64,000 nucleotides of DNA, taken from positions 114,762,001 through 114,826,000 of the forward strand of contig NC_043001.1 of assembly GCF_006345805.1 (NCBI RefSeq). Reading direction: 5' to 3'. This stretch comes from Octopus sinensis. Lineage: Eukaryota. Positions 12,576-26,153 of the stretch are shown piece by piece (positions within the stretch are counted from its first letter, which is position 1; every line of letters starts with the position of its first letter). Position numbers and translations under genes: made by a program. Under the pieces are notes generated by a model. That model was not told where the DNA came from, did no database searches, and saw nothing but the letters and a program-made list of their open reading frames with translations.

Positions 12576-13439
12576 ACATCATCATCATTCATGTTAGAAA
12601 CTCTTCTTTTACTGATATCGTTCTTATGTTAATGTTTTATTATGTTTATCATGCAGATGCCTATCTTCATATATGTGCGTAATGTATGCGAATGCTTTCA
12701 TAATTTACTATAATACAGTGAGAATCAAGTATAAAACATGTTCCATGAAAAAGAAAAAATCATTAAAATACTTGAATGAAAACATAGTAAAGAAAATATT
12801 TTTTAATAAGATCTAGGATCATGAATTAAAATAAAATGAAATAGGATCCAACCGAGATAAGTGATTTCAACAAACCGATTTTTTAAAAAAGCATAAATAA
12901 ATAAATCCACAAACACTAAAAATAAATCTAACACGCATAAAAATATCCAGAATTAACTTATCAGTATATTGTACATAAGTAAGAGACACCGAGATATTAA
13001 ATGTTTTTGAATTTGGTGGAAAACCCAGGAAAATGTTTTCATGCTGCTCAAGTTTATTTTAATTTCGTTTGAAGATCGAAATGAAATATAAACAAACATA
13101 TAATTCAATCGATACTATTTTCTTTTAAAGAAAACATGTTTATGTATAATCTAAAAGTGTAATAGAAGTTTTGTTATCTTTAGCTGTCTTAATGGAGTCG
13201 TCCAGTTTTTGTCATCAACCTCACATTTTTCCTGTAACACTAAGAAAAAATATATAAGAACGGTATCACAAACAATGTTTTTATAATGTAGCTTAACGAT
13301 TTGTAGTCGTCATTTCTAACCCCTACTTTTTCACCGTGTAGCGAAGAAAACCTATACGTGGTTATTCAGTCTGTTAGAAATAGCAGTTAAATTTCCCTCA
13401 TAGAAAAAATAGAATTTTGGATACTTCAATATCATTCCT

Positions 13440-14575
13440 CGACCTGCTTGAAAAAGCATCCAAATTACCCTCATATTGCATTCTGTATCAATACAGGATG
13501 GTGGCACTGAATAATATAATCTTGGCCACAAAGTCATGTCTGTGTCTATATTCCTTCTGTGCCAAAGAACTATTATGTAGGTAACGGATTCCACTTTATC
13601 ATTCCATATTCTACACTTTTCACTTGTCGTGGATTTGTCTATGTTTGCCTTAATGATATCTGTCCCCATTGACTGGATGTGAGCAGCGATTATCATTCTG
13701 ATTCTTTGTTAAGGTTTCCATTCTTCAGTCAAGACCAAGACTCATCTGCTGTGACGTTCTGCATTTGTCTGAGACACAAACCGTGCAGTTCTTTTCCCCA
13801 GATACTTCTTTCTCGCTCCTGTTTTCTTCTTTCGTTATATTCCATTGCAGTCTCCACACCTTTGTTCTAATCTCCCAAGGCATCTGAAATAGAAATGTGT
13901 GAGTTGCTTCTCACATACTCTTCTCTATCAGGTTTTGTCATCTCTACAATTTCTTTTTTTACTTGATATCAGTCTTCTCCCCTCTTCCCGTATTAGGTAT
14001 CACCTATCAACACTGTCTCTAGAATGTAGCGATCTGTACATGGATATTGTATTTCTGGTTTTACAATGTACGTCCCTTAGTCCTTCTTAAGTCCATTTCA
14101 GGAAAGCAGCAGAATATCATATTAGAGAAACAGCACAAGTGTTTACAGAAGAGATGCTTTTCTTTCCATTCACTTTTGAGCTTGGCACCCTTTTCTACTC
14201 TCCAAAGATATTTATTTTTAATTCTCTTTAATTTCTTGACAGAGGATTGTATCTACCCCTAATACGCATAGATACTTGTAACGGTCACTCTCATTTAATA
14301 CTCGGGTTGATATCTCATCTAGCTTGAATATTTTTGGATCCTTCTTACTAGCACCGCACGTTTATCATTCAAGCTCCTTATCAATGTATTATTATTATCA
14401 TTTCATTTCTCAGTGCCATTGATTTCACTTGCTCCTGTTAACTGTGAGATCGAACAGCAGTCTGTTATCAAAGGTCTCACGTGGTCTCTTTTCACGATAC
14501 TTAACACCCAAGTATCAATCCCCAAATCCTCGAGGTCCCTAATAAAGCTATTCTGAGTATGTTCTATCCGCATTT
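13440..14575 (-). mobile_element. Decayed R4/Dong-type LINE (late RT through zinc-knuckle region)
   Basis: Minus strand: YLGV-like motif at about 14505, KELHG...WSxLKNGNL, IIAAHIQSMGTDIIKANIDKSTTSEKCRIW. The 5' end abuts an (ATT)/(ACT) microsatellite at 14582-14755. Confidence 0.8.
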
Positions 14576-14581
14576 TAATAT

Positions 14582-14688
14582 GATTATTATTATTATAATT
14601 AATATTATTATTACTACCACTACAACTACTACTACTACTACTACTACAACTACAACTACTACTACTACTACTACTACAACTGCTACTA

Positions 14689-14755
<67 letters not shown>
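14582..14755. repeat. (ATT)n-(ACT)n microsatellite
   Basis: Read directly. Confidence 0.95.
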
Positions 14756-14757
<2 letters not shown>

Positions 14758-15190
14758 GGTGAAGAGATGGCAGAATCGTTAGCTCAGAGCAAAATGGTTA
14801 GCGTTATTGCGTTTGCCCTTATGTCCTTAGTTCGAATTCCACCGAGGGTTCACTTTGACATTCATCTTCTCAAGAATGATAAAGCAAATTACCAGTCAAG
14901 TACTGGAGTAGATGTAATTGACTAATCATTTCTCCTTAAAAGTCATGACCTTGTACGAAATATTGAAACACTTAAATGAAGTGAGCACGCAGAATAGTTA
15001 CTACGCTGGACAAAATGCTTATGGTATTTCGTTCGTCTTCATGTCCTGAGTTGAAATTTCGCCAACAACGACTTTGCCTTTCGACATCTCGGGTTCGATA
15101 AGATAAATATAAGTTGAGCATTGAGATCAATGAAATCAACTAACCCACTTCCACCAACATGTGAGGCCCCGTACCTATAATAGAAACAAT
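14756..15190 (+). mobile_element. Two old, tandem SINE family A copies
   Basis: TGGCAGAATCGTTAG and AAAATGCTTA heads, degenerate TTTGCCTTTC cores and GTAGATGTAATTGACT-like hairpins. Confidence 0.65.
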
Positions 15191-15613
15191 TATTATCATC
15201 ACCTTTCTATATATTGTGCAAAATTTTGCGTCCTTATTATTTGGATTCTTTCCATCATTATCAAATAGATCACCTTCAAATTCACCACACTCTTCTTTGC
15301 AGGTATACACACATAAGCACCAACAGATGCACGCACGACGGTACACGCGCATGCTTACACCTCTCTCTCCCTGTATCTCTCACTATTCCTCACCCTTTCT
15401 CTCCTTTTAAATTCCCACTAAGATCTATGATCGAAATATTTTTTTTAAATATTCGCTTTTCTTCTTAAACATTATCCTCCCTTTTCCGCTAACTTTCCTT
15501 CCAGTTAATGCTTGCAATTTTTTCTTAGTCGTTTTCTCTTTTGCTGATTTATTTTGTCAAAATATTTCTAACTTTATATAAATATATGTGCATGAGTGCA
15601 TAATTAACAAACT

Positions 15614-15674
<61 letters not shown>

Positions 15675-15761
15675 ATATATGTGTGTATTATGTATAAGTA
15701 TGTGTATATAGAGTATTGTGCACACATACGACGGAATGCATATACATATTGTATTGTATTG

Positions 15762-15828
<67 letters not shown>

Positions 15829-16376
15829 TGTATATATCAATATTCAGATGCACAAAAATTATTCACTATGTATCCTTCAATTTTCACTCTGATATGCTGC
15901 GAAACCACCTGAGAGCAGTATTATTTCCAAGAGAGATTCTCATTTTATTAATTTTATTTTTCAATATTTTTAAGTAATACTTCGTTCGAATATGGAACCC
16001 TTAAGAAAATCCATTACGATATGGTATCTAGTGCTATTATGGTGTCATACTTTATGGTTTGTGCATTTTTTCTTGAGTTCCTCTGCATATTGTGCCTTGG
16101 GTATTAATACGTTCATATATACATACACACACCCATACATATATATATATATGCGTATATATATATATATTTATATATATATATATATATACAATACGTA
16201 TGTTCATTCATACATACTTTTACGTATGTACACACACACAAAAACGCGCGCACAACATTATGATTTTTTAAATCAGTTAATATTCTCATTGTGTTTGTGA
16301 ATCTTTGTTTACGCATTCATCTTGTTTTCAAGAGAAATATTTTAATACGTGTAAGATGAACGACTGCCAAAACAAT

Positions 16377-16377
16377 T

Positions 16378-16432
<55 letters not shown>

Positions 16433-16446
16433 TAATAATAATAATG

Positions 16447-16480
<34 letters not shown>

Positions 16481-16503
16481 GTGATCATGACAATGAAAAT
16501 GAC

Positions 16504-16553
<50 letters not shown>

Positions 16554-16562
16554 TAATAATAA

Positions 16563-16598
<36 letters not shown>

Positions 16599-16609
16599 CA
16601 ACAACAACA

Positions 16610-16643
<34 letters not shown>

Positions 16644-16654
16644 TGATGATGATG

Positions 16655-16725
<71 letters not shown>

Positions 16726-16763
16726 TATAATAATAATAATAATAATAATAATGATAATAATAA
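16377..16763. repeat. Compound trinucleotide microsatellite AAT/GAT/AAG/AAC/GAC/AAT
   Basis: Read directly. Confidence 0.96.
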
Positions 16764-17024
16764 TTGGCACTCGGAGGACCAGCAACTAGCTTCGAGAAGT
16801 ATGTCGGCAAAATTAGAATAAGGATAGCGCTTACAAAGAAAAACTGCTCTACAGGGAAGAGCCAGAATTTTGATATTGGTGTTTGGGTGTTGAGTGCCGT
16901 CCACGGTAGGTTAATATTCAGGTACCAAAAGTTTATATGTTGTGGGAAAAGATATTGTGAGACCTTTGAAAACAGTTGCTCGCAGCTGTCACAGAATCAG
17001 CCGGAGCAAGTAAGACCGAGACCT
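16764..17024 (+). mobile_element. Extreme 3' end of an R4/Dong-type LINE, followed by (AAG)n at 17025-17127
   Basis: ALGGPATSFEKYVGKIRI...KTALQGRARIL resembles the GALG...QKTALLGTARIL C-terminus. The 3' UTR resembles that of the 52620-52870 copy. Confidence 0.7.
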
Positions 17025-17127
17025 AGAAGAAGAAGAAGAAGAAGAAGAAGAAGAAGAAGAAGAAGAAGAAGAAGAAGAAGAAGAAGAAGAAGAAGAAGAA
17101 GAAGAAGAAGAAGAAGAAGAAGAAGAA

Positions 17128-17670
17128 AATGTAGTTAGTTGGCAAGAGATGTGAACGCGAAGACAGATACAGAGAACCTGTGGCTATGGATGAGGAGGAG
17201 TAATCTGAAGATGGAGACAGAAGTATTAATAAGCGCAGCTCAGGAATAAGCGGTAAAGACCACCTATATAAAGTGCAGAAACGAAAACACTACCGATAGC
17301 GACAAATGCAAAATGTGAGTTGAGAGGGGAGAACGGCATGGCTCATCGTTAGCGAATGCCCGAAATGGGTACAAAGCGTATACAAAAGACGCTATAACAA
17401 TATGGCAAGACTGATCCATTGGGAGCTCTGTGGGAAATGCGATCTACAAAGAGCAAAGACGTGCTATGAGAAAACTCCAGAAGGAGTCACTGAAAATGAG
17501 AATTGTAAAATCCTGTGGGATGCAATGATCAGTGCGATTAGCCGACCAGACATCGGAAACCGGACATTGTTGTGAATAAAAGAGAAAGAACATGTATGAT
17601 AATCAACGTAGCATGCCCAGGGGACAACAGGATCAATGTTAAAGAAGAAAAAAATAAACAATTATGACGA
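17128..17670 (+). mobile_element. Decayed R4/Dong-type LINE (zinc knuckle plus RLE)
   Basis: LWLWMRRSNLKMETEVLISAAQE...DSDKCKM...KRRYNNMARLIHWELCGK...PEGVTENENCKILWD...(R)PDIVV...CMIINVACPGD, with frameshifts. Confidence 0.85.
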
Positions 17671-18176
17671 TGCCCCGTAAAAGGCATCTTTGTCTTTGGC
17701 ACATCAAATTTTTCAAGTTTCACACGAAAACTAAAGTGAGGTCGCAGAGGGGAGGACAATTTTTTCGAAGGTGGATGAGAGTGACAAACATGGTTCGTGT
17801 GACCGAGAATGCTCTGGTAATGTACCTTTAGATTAAATGACGATGGCATGGAGAACGTCCTTACTGAACTGGTGAGAGTGGCCATAGTTTTGTGGGTTGT
17901 GACAAGAAACCTACAGAAGCATGGGTCCATGCATACATGGATGTATTTCATATTGAAAATATTGTTCTCTGTGAGAGAGCACAGGGAAAGCATTTGTGAA
18001 ATTTATAAGAAATTTATGATCAGACGGTTCTATTCTTCTGAGATGGTACGTTGAAGTATAATGCTTCATTCATGAATATGAATTTGTTGGGAGATTACGA
18101 AACTGTGTTTATTCAGTTGGATATTGCTGACATAGTCAGTGTGCCATTTGTGTTCCTTCTCTCCCTTTGCTTCCAT

Positions 18177-18209
<33 letters not shown>

Positions 18210-18561
18210 AAGCTGGTAGCATTCGCCGTACATAAAATGAGGGTACAGTTAACGGTATATACAATATTATAGTTTAAGACAATTGTATCTCCAGCCATTT
18301 CGCATCACTTCGTTTGCTCCTCATTCTGGAATTTACTTTTTCTGGGGGAGGAGGTATTTCTTTCTTTTTTTCTGTTTTTTTTTTTTACAGCAGTTGCTGT
18401 TTCTACACATAATTCTTTCTCTGCCATTCGCTGGATTTTCTTTTTTCTAATTTGGAAAAAATATCCAATGGAGAAAATTTTGAAACTTTACCAAGATTCG
18501 TTAACTTGCTCTAAGCACAATAGTTGTGTATGTTTGTATGAATGTGAATTCAAATGTATGT

Positions 18562-18608
<47 letters not shown>

Positions 18609-21600
18609 TGCGTGTGTCTGTGAGCGTGTGTGTATGTATGAACGTGTTACTCTTTTTGTGCTTGTGTGCGTACTATTCTCATTTTTGTTGTTGTTGCTAT
18701 AGTTCTGAATTTGTAGCTATTGACGGTGTATTTGTAGTCACTATTAACAGTTCCGTTCTTCCTGCTGTCCTCGTATTTCATTTCTTTTGTTTCTTTCTTT
18801 TCCAATTTTATTCTCGTTCCTGTTAATTTTCATTCCTTCCTGTAGTTTTAAGAATTTTTCTCTTCAAACGTCTGCAACAGCAATCTGCAATAAATGGTTA
18901 GAAAAAAGAATATCATTTGTTCTACTTCTACTGAAACAACTTACTTTTTTAAAAAACTGATTCCCTTCAAATGCTTTCCAAAAAAAAAAAAAAAAGAAAG
19001 AATCTGTGTTTACATAGAAATTTTTGATTCAGGCTATTTCTTGTTTTGCTTTTTCCCTTTACACAATTAGCCCTAAAATTCTATGTGGGGTGAAATATTT
19101 CACAAAAGACTTCCATATTCATTAGCATTGATGATTCTTAAGATTTCAAAGTTGAAATTCTACTTTGCATACAGACATAAAACAGGACACATATAAATAT
19201 ACACTCATATTCAAAAATGTACACAAATGCACATAAACATACACACATAACACATACAGGCACACACAGACACACATATAATATAAACATACAAACATAC
19301 ACACATATACAAAAACATACACATGTGTACACAATCACGCCTTATTTGTCTCGCTCTTTCTTTTTCTTTCCCCATATTCTGTTTCTCTATATTTGTTTTA
19401 CTCTCATTCTCACTAATTATCTTTCTGCAGCACCCTCTTTTAACGTCCTTCATTATTATACATCCTTTGGCTAGTTTATTCACAACTGCTATCAGTGTTT
19501 TAACTTGCTATTCATCTAAATGTCTCTAATATGTTGCCATATCCACCTCTTCATTCTCTGCCTCACTTCTCTTCTTTTTTTGTTTAATTTTCCCTTATCT
19601 TTCTCAGCCATTCGTTCTGTTGCTTGCCAACCAATTCCTGCCTTTCTATTTTCCTTTAAGTTCTCCCGCAGAACAAATGTAATTGCAGATTCTAATGTTT
19701 CGTATTTTGGTTGTTGTTGAAATTTAAAATTCATTATGGAATACTGAATAGTATTGCTGAAGGGAATATTTGAATATAAAACTGATGCCACAGCCCGTTG
19801 TAGCCAGTATAAATCAAATATTCGACTAAATCTCATAGCGAAATAAAATTCCATATTTTGAGTTCTGGGTGTACAATATATTAAGTGTGCTGTCATATGA
19901 TTACGGCAACAAAACCTGCTTCACATGTGCAGAAATTTACTTACGTGACATATGTCCCTATATATACAATCATATATACATGATTGTGTATATGATTGTG
20001 TATATTTGCATTCAAAGCACACTTAATCTCTTGCAGTCTCCGGATGTGGTAAACAAGAGCCGTGTCCTAAAACTATGACGCATTTTGGCACTCTTCAGAA
20101 ATACTGTAAGAAACAAGTTGCAACATATAACTCCTTTTTTAGGAGCTGGTGGGCTAAACCAAGTGAGGAGATGGTATTCACGGTAAGGCTCCCAATGAGT
20201 CGCCGGTTAGCTCAACGGCCAAGTGTTCGGGGCCAAGGCCTCTCTCAGTTAGAGACAGAAAAAGGAAGGAAGGAAGGCAGAAAGGAAGGAGAGAAGGAAG
20301 GAAGGAAGTGCATTAAAAGGGCAAGGTATACCAGTTCTCCCAGTCGTGTGCCTCTTTTCTTTATATTTTATATCTACATATGGATAGACGTCTCGCCCAC
20401 TTAGGGAAGTGACACTGCCATTTTGGGTGTGAAAACATGAGGGCAACAGCTGTATACGTTGCGCTTCTGTAGATGTACTTCGTTCAGAAGGACTATATTC
20501 GATTGGGTTGGATTGAGATAATAAAAGACATCTTAAAGAATTTGTTTTATTGAATTGCTGAAAAGATAACTGTCATTGTACTTCACGAAAATCTTTTCCT
20601 AAAATTTAACCTATTAAAATCTTCGTGATTTGTATCTTCATATACCTATATAATTAATATGTAACTATTAACGAACAAAATTCTGTTTTTTATGACCGAC
20701 AATCTATGAATATGCTCCGATAGATGGGCTGCACACTCTGCTTATAGAGAATTTTACTCTTTCGTACGTGCTTCTCTAACGGAACAATATTACATCCTAT
20801 GTTGGAAACAAGAATTGCCATCTTGGAAATGTTAGAATGAATTTCGAAGTCCTTCTACGAATCAGATATGATGATGTGCACTGCAATAGAAATGATCTCT
20901 AATAAATATAAGATACCGTATCGACAGACAATGGAAATTTAAATCGGCCAAACCAATAACCATAGAATTACACTTTGTTAAGAGGTTTCTTTGTTGTTAA
21001 AGAAATCGTGCACAACAAACCAATTGAAAAATAGATCTATCCGACCATGCTCCAACCAATCATACTGATGTCAGAACAAAACGTATTAAGATAATTTGAA
21101 TTTGGAACTGGTAAAATACAGTAGATTTGTCGCTGTTGCACAATGCATTGAGTCTTTTTATTTCAGTTCTCTATATTTATTTGATACGTTTCAAGATAGA
21201 AATGAAAGAAGAAATCAATCGGCTTTAGACTAGAAGATTTATTCTTCGTCTCTCTGCAGAAAATTGAACAAGTTTACTTCTCTATATAACACAATACATA
21301 GCTGTTTAAGCAAATCTGTCATCCATTGCAGTTGGAGCGAACGCAATTAATTTGATGGCAAGTTTGATGTTATTGTATGCGGAAATCTTGGTACTGTGTT
21401 TTCTCTATTCACTCAAGATGAACACGGAACATTCATTTTCGCAGCAATAGGCTGCCTAAGAAAATAAATAAATCCATTTTGAATGGAAGCGCTCATCCTC
21501 CATTTTCATTATTTCCAGGAGTTTCAGTTGAATAGTCTTAGAGTAAAGATCAGTGATCTTTCGAAAAAGTAATCATAACGGATATTCTTCCTTCCCTCCA

Positions 21601-22589
21601 AGGAAATTGATGCTTCACTAACAGAGGCAAAACAATGGTTTTACAAGTAACGTCTCTTAATATTTTTCAACAGTTATTATTTCGAAATATTACCGATTCT
21701 CGCCACCACCATAACCTTCCTGAACAGCATTTCGTCATATTTAAACGATTTCTTCCTTTACCTAAGAATAAAATATATTTCTTTCATGAGAATATTTAAT
21801 GTCAATGCCACAAGTGTCAAAAGAAATCATTTACAGGCTTCTTGTTCATTGTTTCCAATCATAAACCAAAACGAAAGCAAATACAAATACTACATTGCCA
21901 AAATTGTGTATGATTTGAGATTCCTGTTTCTCTGGTTGCTTTTATCTTATCAAATTATAATATTTATATACTAGGTCTGTTGTGTCTTACAGGAAAATTC
22001 GTGTCTATGTTTCGATTTCTGCTTGGAATCAGTCGACCTCATTTATTTTTGCCTTCATGCTCCTTAAGAAAGAAATGAATTTCACATAATCGCGTTTCTG
22101 TTCCCATTAGATTTCAAGTTTTGTGTTCAGTCAGAAATAATTACTTCAATATATTTTGGAACCAAGTTTGAACGTATTAGAGGTAAATCTATTTTGTTGT
22201 TGCAGGATAGAAATTTATAGATATGTTCTGGATGAGACAACATTCCTAACTCATAGGAATTGCTGGTGTCAGTGAGAATAAAATGATTACAGTGTGGTAT
22301 AAAAATCAATATGTTTGGTGTGCTTTTCATTGGGAGCTGTATGTTATTCAAGAAGTAAGGAGCTTTGTATATGTCAAAATACAGGGACTGGCTTTTTAAC
22401 GTGTTCGAATGTGCCTCAAACATATTTGTACGGGTAGCATGTTTATATTTGTACTCATCACTGCTAAACGCATCTAATCCATATTTTATTACGGCGGGAT
22501 AACAGATTAGCGCAACCAATTATGGTACGTCGCCTGGAATATAATAAGAGAGACCTGGTCTTACATTGTTGGGTCGTAGACCTCTCCAG

Positions 22590-22745
22590 TGCTCAATCCT
22601 TGTGCTAAACTGGTACCTATTTTCTCGACAGCGAGATGAAAAGCAGAGGCGACCTCGGTGGATTTTTGAACTCAGAAATTCGATATAGAAATATGCAACT
22701 AAGCCTTTTGTACGGCGTGCAAATGATTCTGCCAGCTCACTGCCG
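22590..22745 (-). mobile_element. Degenerate SINE family A copy
   Basis: Reverse complement of the GGCAGTGAGCTGGCAGAATC head, GAGTTCAAAAATCC box B and TAGGTACCAG core. Confidence 0.65.
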
Positions 22746-22749
22746 TAAT

Positions 22750-22818
<69 letters not shown>

Positions 22819-22819
<1 letters not shown>

Positions 22820-23180
22820 TGTAAACATAAGGACCTGCAAATTGAAATACAAAAGATATGGCATCTTAAAACTCGAACTGTTCCTCTTATTGTAGGCGCT
22901 CTAGGTATGGTAAACATGGGATGTCGGAAACATCTAAATAAGATCCCAGGAGAACCATGTTTCAGTGCAATCCATAAGATTGTACTGAAAAGTACTGCCC
23001 ACATCCATTGAAAAAACCCATCCATTAAAATCTCTGTGTTGTATTACATGAAAAGATTTGACTACTTCTCCTCCACAAACTTTCAGTCATGTTGTAACAT
23101 CTCTTATTCTTCATTCGCCTCATGACGTTGGGTGTGCCTTGGCAAGTAACTGTAGCAATGATGCAGATTAAAAGTAAAAA
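22819..23180 (+). mobile_element. 5'-truncated R4/Dong-type LINE 3' end directly after (AAT)n at 22751-22818
   Basis: KHKDLQIEIQKIWHLKTRTVPLIVGALGMV...IHKIVLKSTAHIH; ends in an AAT/GAT repeat at about 23180. Confidence 0.82.
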
Positions 23181-23657
23181 TAATGATGATGATGATGATA
23201 AAAAAAACGAAAAGATGGAAGAATCCTGTAGCTGACTTACGGCTGAATGATGGTTATGACTTATTCTCTGTATATGCAACATCACTCTACTGTGGATTTT
23301 GACTGATCGAATACAGAATGTAAATAGGCGCACGTACATATACGAGTATGCATGAATGTATGTATATATGTATGTGTGTATGTATATATATATATATATT
23401 AAATATATGTATATATATGTATATATATATATATATTAAATATATGTATGTATATGTATATATATGTATATATATTTAAAAAAGGAGATGTGGAACACGA
23501 GTTGTGATATATAAAAAGGAAATGAAGAAAATGCTGACAAAATAATTTAAGTAATTTTTACCGGTTGCGCATTTGTTATGCTTATCAAAATATATTTTTT
23601 AAAGAGAGATTAGAGTTCCTTTTCTGATAGATTTTTTCCTCTTATCTATATATATAT

Positions 23658-23734
<77 letters not shown>

Positions 23735-23837
23735 CACATATATATACACATATATATACGAAAAAAACAAAAGACGAAGACAGGTGGTGTACAAAACAAA
23801 CAGATGTATTATTATAAAGCTCAGGAATAGAAAAAGT

Positions 23838-23873
23838 CTTTTACGTTTCGAGCCTACGCTCTTCTACAGAAAG
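23838..23873 (-). ncRNA. Minimal type-I hammerhead-like motif with non-canonical core
   Basis: Minus strand: CUUU-CUGUAGA-A-GAGC(GUAG)GCUC-GAAA-CG-UA-AAAG. All three stems can be formed (stem III as a dimer) and the triplet is GUA; position 6 is U instead of A. It lies inside a short repeat at about 23755-23915 whose end recurs near 28480-28515. Confidence 0.6.
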
Positions 23874-24202
23874 GGACACAGAAAAAACAAGGAGAGAAAA
23901 AATGTGTGTAGTGGCTAACGGAGGCCATTCATTGAAGTTTGACATATAAAGATATTCTCCCTATACACAACGAAGTGCAAGCACCCCAGGTCAATTTGCA
24001 GTGTCTTGTGACTATATCGATTGATGGAAGTATGCAGTTTGAAGTGGTTATCTACTGATTGAGGAACTAGTCTAGTATGATTAGAATCCAATGAAAATAT
24101 CTTAACTGTTCGTGCTATCGGTCTGCGCGGCAGTAGTAAAATACGGATTAGGCGATCTAAGTCATGAAATACGAAGACAAACAGACAGACAGACATGCAG
24201 GC

Positions 24203-24203
<1 letters not shown>

Positions 24204-24289
<86 letters not shown>

Positions 24290-24290
24290 C
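24204..24290. repeat. (AGAT)n tetranucleotide microsatellite
   Basis: Read directly; similar tracts at 58783-58852 and 59008-59140. Confidence 0.95.
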
Positions 24291-25866
24291 AGACATACGT
24301 TAAATTCCCGCACTTGACTTTGATTGGGTTAAACGTTGTTCGGCAAAGTTTCATGTCGCCACCGCCACCCTTACACTTATTCAGTTACGATGTGCTGTTC
24401 ACGCGCTAACTATGTTAGCGCATTCTTCACTACAAATATTATATAAAATCCTTATGTCTGTGTTAAAGCTTTGATATGTTTCGAATGAAAAGCAGGGTCA
24501 AATAATATTTAATATTTCCATTTAGACGAGGCATGGCTTCTATATCTGAAATGTAAAACCAATATTACAGCCAATTTAATTCTATAACGGCGCCTAAATA
24601 AATTGCAATTGAAAGATTGTAGAAGTAACCACCCCACGTTCAAAATAAGGTTAAATCTGAGAATCAAATATGACACATTCAGACATATATATCTATGTGT
24701 GTAATCCGTTATAGGTTATACATTTATACATATGTGTGTGTGTACATATATGTGCATACATATGTGTGCGCGTGTGTCTGTGCGTGTGTGTGTGTGTTTG
24801 TGTCTGACTATTGAAATTAGATGAGACGACCAAGTAATCAATGCGTTCGATTTAAATTAAATAAAGATATATACGAACGATGATCGGAACACTTTTAGTT
24901 GGAATAAACACATAGGAAGTCAAATCGCTCTCTTCTGACCTGGTGACCCCAAAGAATACATATCATTGCTGACATTTCCGAAAACGATTCATCGCCCACA
25001 TCAATAGCATCCCACTATTCATTTCAATTGCACCATCGATACGTTATCCATTGCTTTGCACCCATAGACTAATATCGTCCATGTGTATATTAGGGCGTGC
25101 TTGTGATCGTTTCAAAAACAAATAGAGAGAGAGAGAGAGATAGATATGTATATATATAGAGAGAGAGAAGGAGACGGAGAGAGGGAGTGAGAGAGGCGAG
25201 GTGTAAGTAAGAGGAGATTGTGCAAAGAGTGGATAGATGGGAAAGGAAGCAGAAAAATTGACTTAGGTGATTTATTTCCGTTTGGTTTTGAAACCCTTGG
25301 CATGATAAACAATTGATGACTATTTGCACTGTTGGATTACATATATGAAAGAAATATATATGTAATACGGATGTATGTATAAATACACTCACATTCATGT
25401 ATGTATATATATATATAATATATATATAATATATGTGTGTGCGTATATATATTATATATATAGACGGGCACCCACACAGAAAATATAGAGAGACGGAGCT
25501 ATTTGAGTGTATGCGTATCTATGAGCGTGCATATATGTATGTGTGTTTGTGTGTGTGTATGTGTGTTTGTGCATGTGTATTCTAAGCTGTTTTCACGCCT
25601 ACTATGCGTTCGATATTTACTTTCTTCACTATAAAACGCAATCTAATTCCGTGTTTTAAGTTCGCTTATATAAAAAAAAATATTCCCATATCCCAAATCT
25701 ATTATTTAACGTTATAAAAGACGGTATTCGTTGTCAATAGCACTCAGCCAGACGTACAGGTTTCGATTCGCTATACCGGCCCACATTCTTCCGTCTTCTA
25801 AGAGTAATAAAAATCTTCTGCGTTTGTGATTTTTTAAAATTAAATATATATATATATATAAATATA

Positions 25867-25964
25867 ATTGGTGAATTGAAGAAATGGAGCTGAACGCAGA
25901 TTGAACAGAAATCGTTTTATTTCTGTTCAATCTGCATTCAGCTCCATTTCTTCAATTCACCAAT
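25867..25964. repeat. 46-bp-arm hairpin with 6-nt loop
   Basis: ATTGGTGAATTGAAGAAATGGAGCTGAACGCAGATTGAACAGAAAT, loop CGTTTT, then the reverse complement with one mismatch, which is a G-U pair on the minus strand. Confidence 0.93.
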
Positions 25965-26119
25965 AATATTTTAATTTCAATTATCCGCACCAACGCACGG
26001 TTGCAACACCATATGGTTGTACCTCCAACCGTGCTGTTTACTGCTGTGATTTTTGCTACTAAGGTATCGGTTAAACTTTTGATTAATCTACTACAAGATT
26101 ATTCATCTTTCTATTTCAC

Positions 26120-26153
<34 letters not shown>

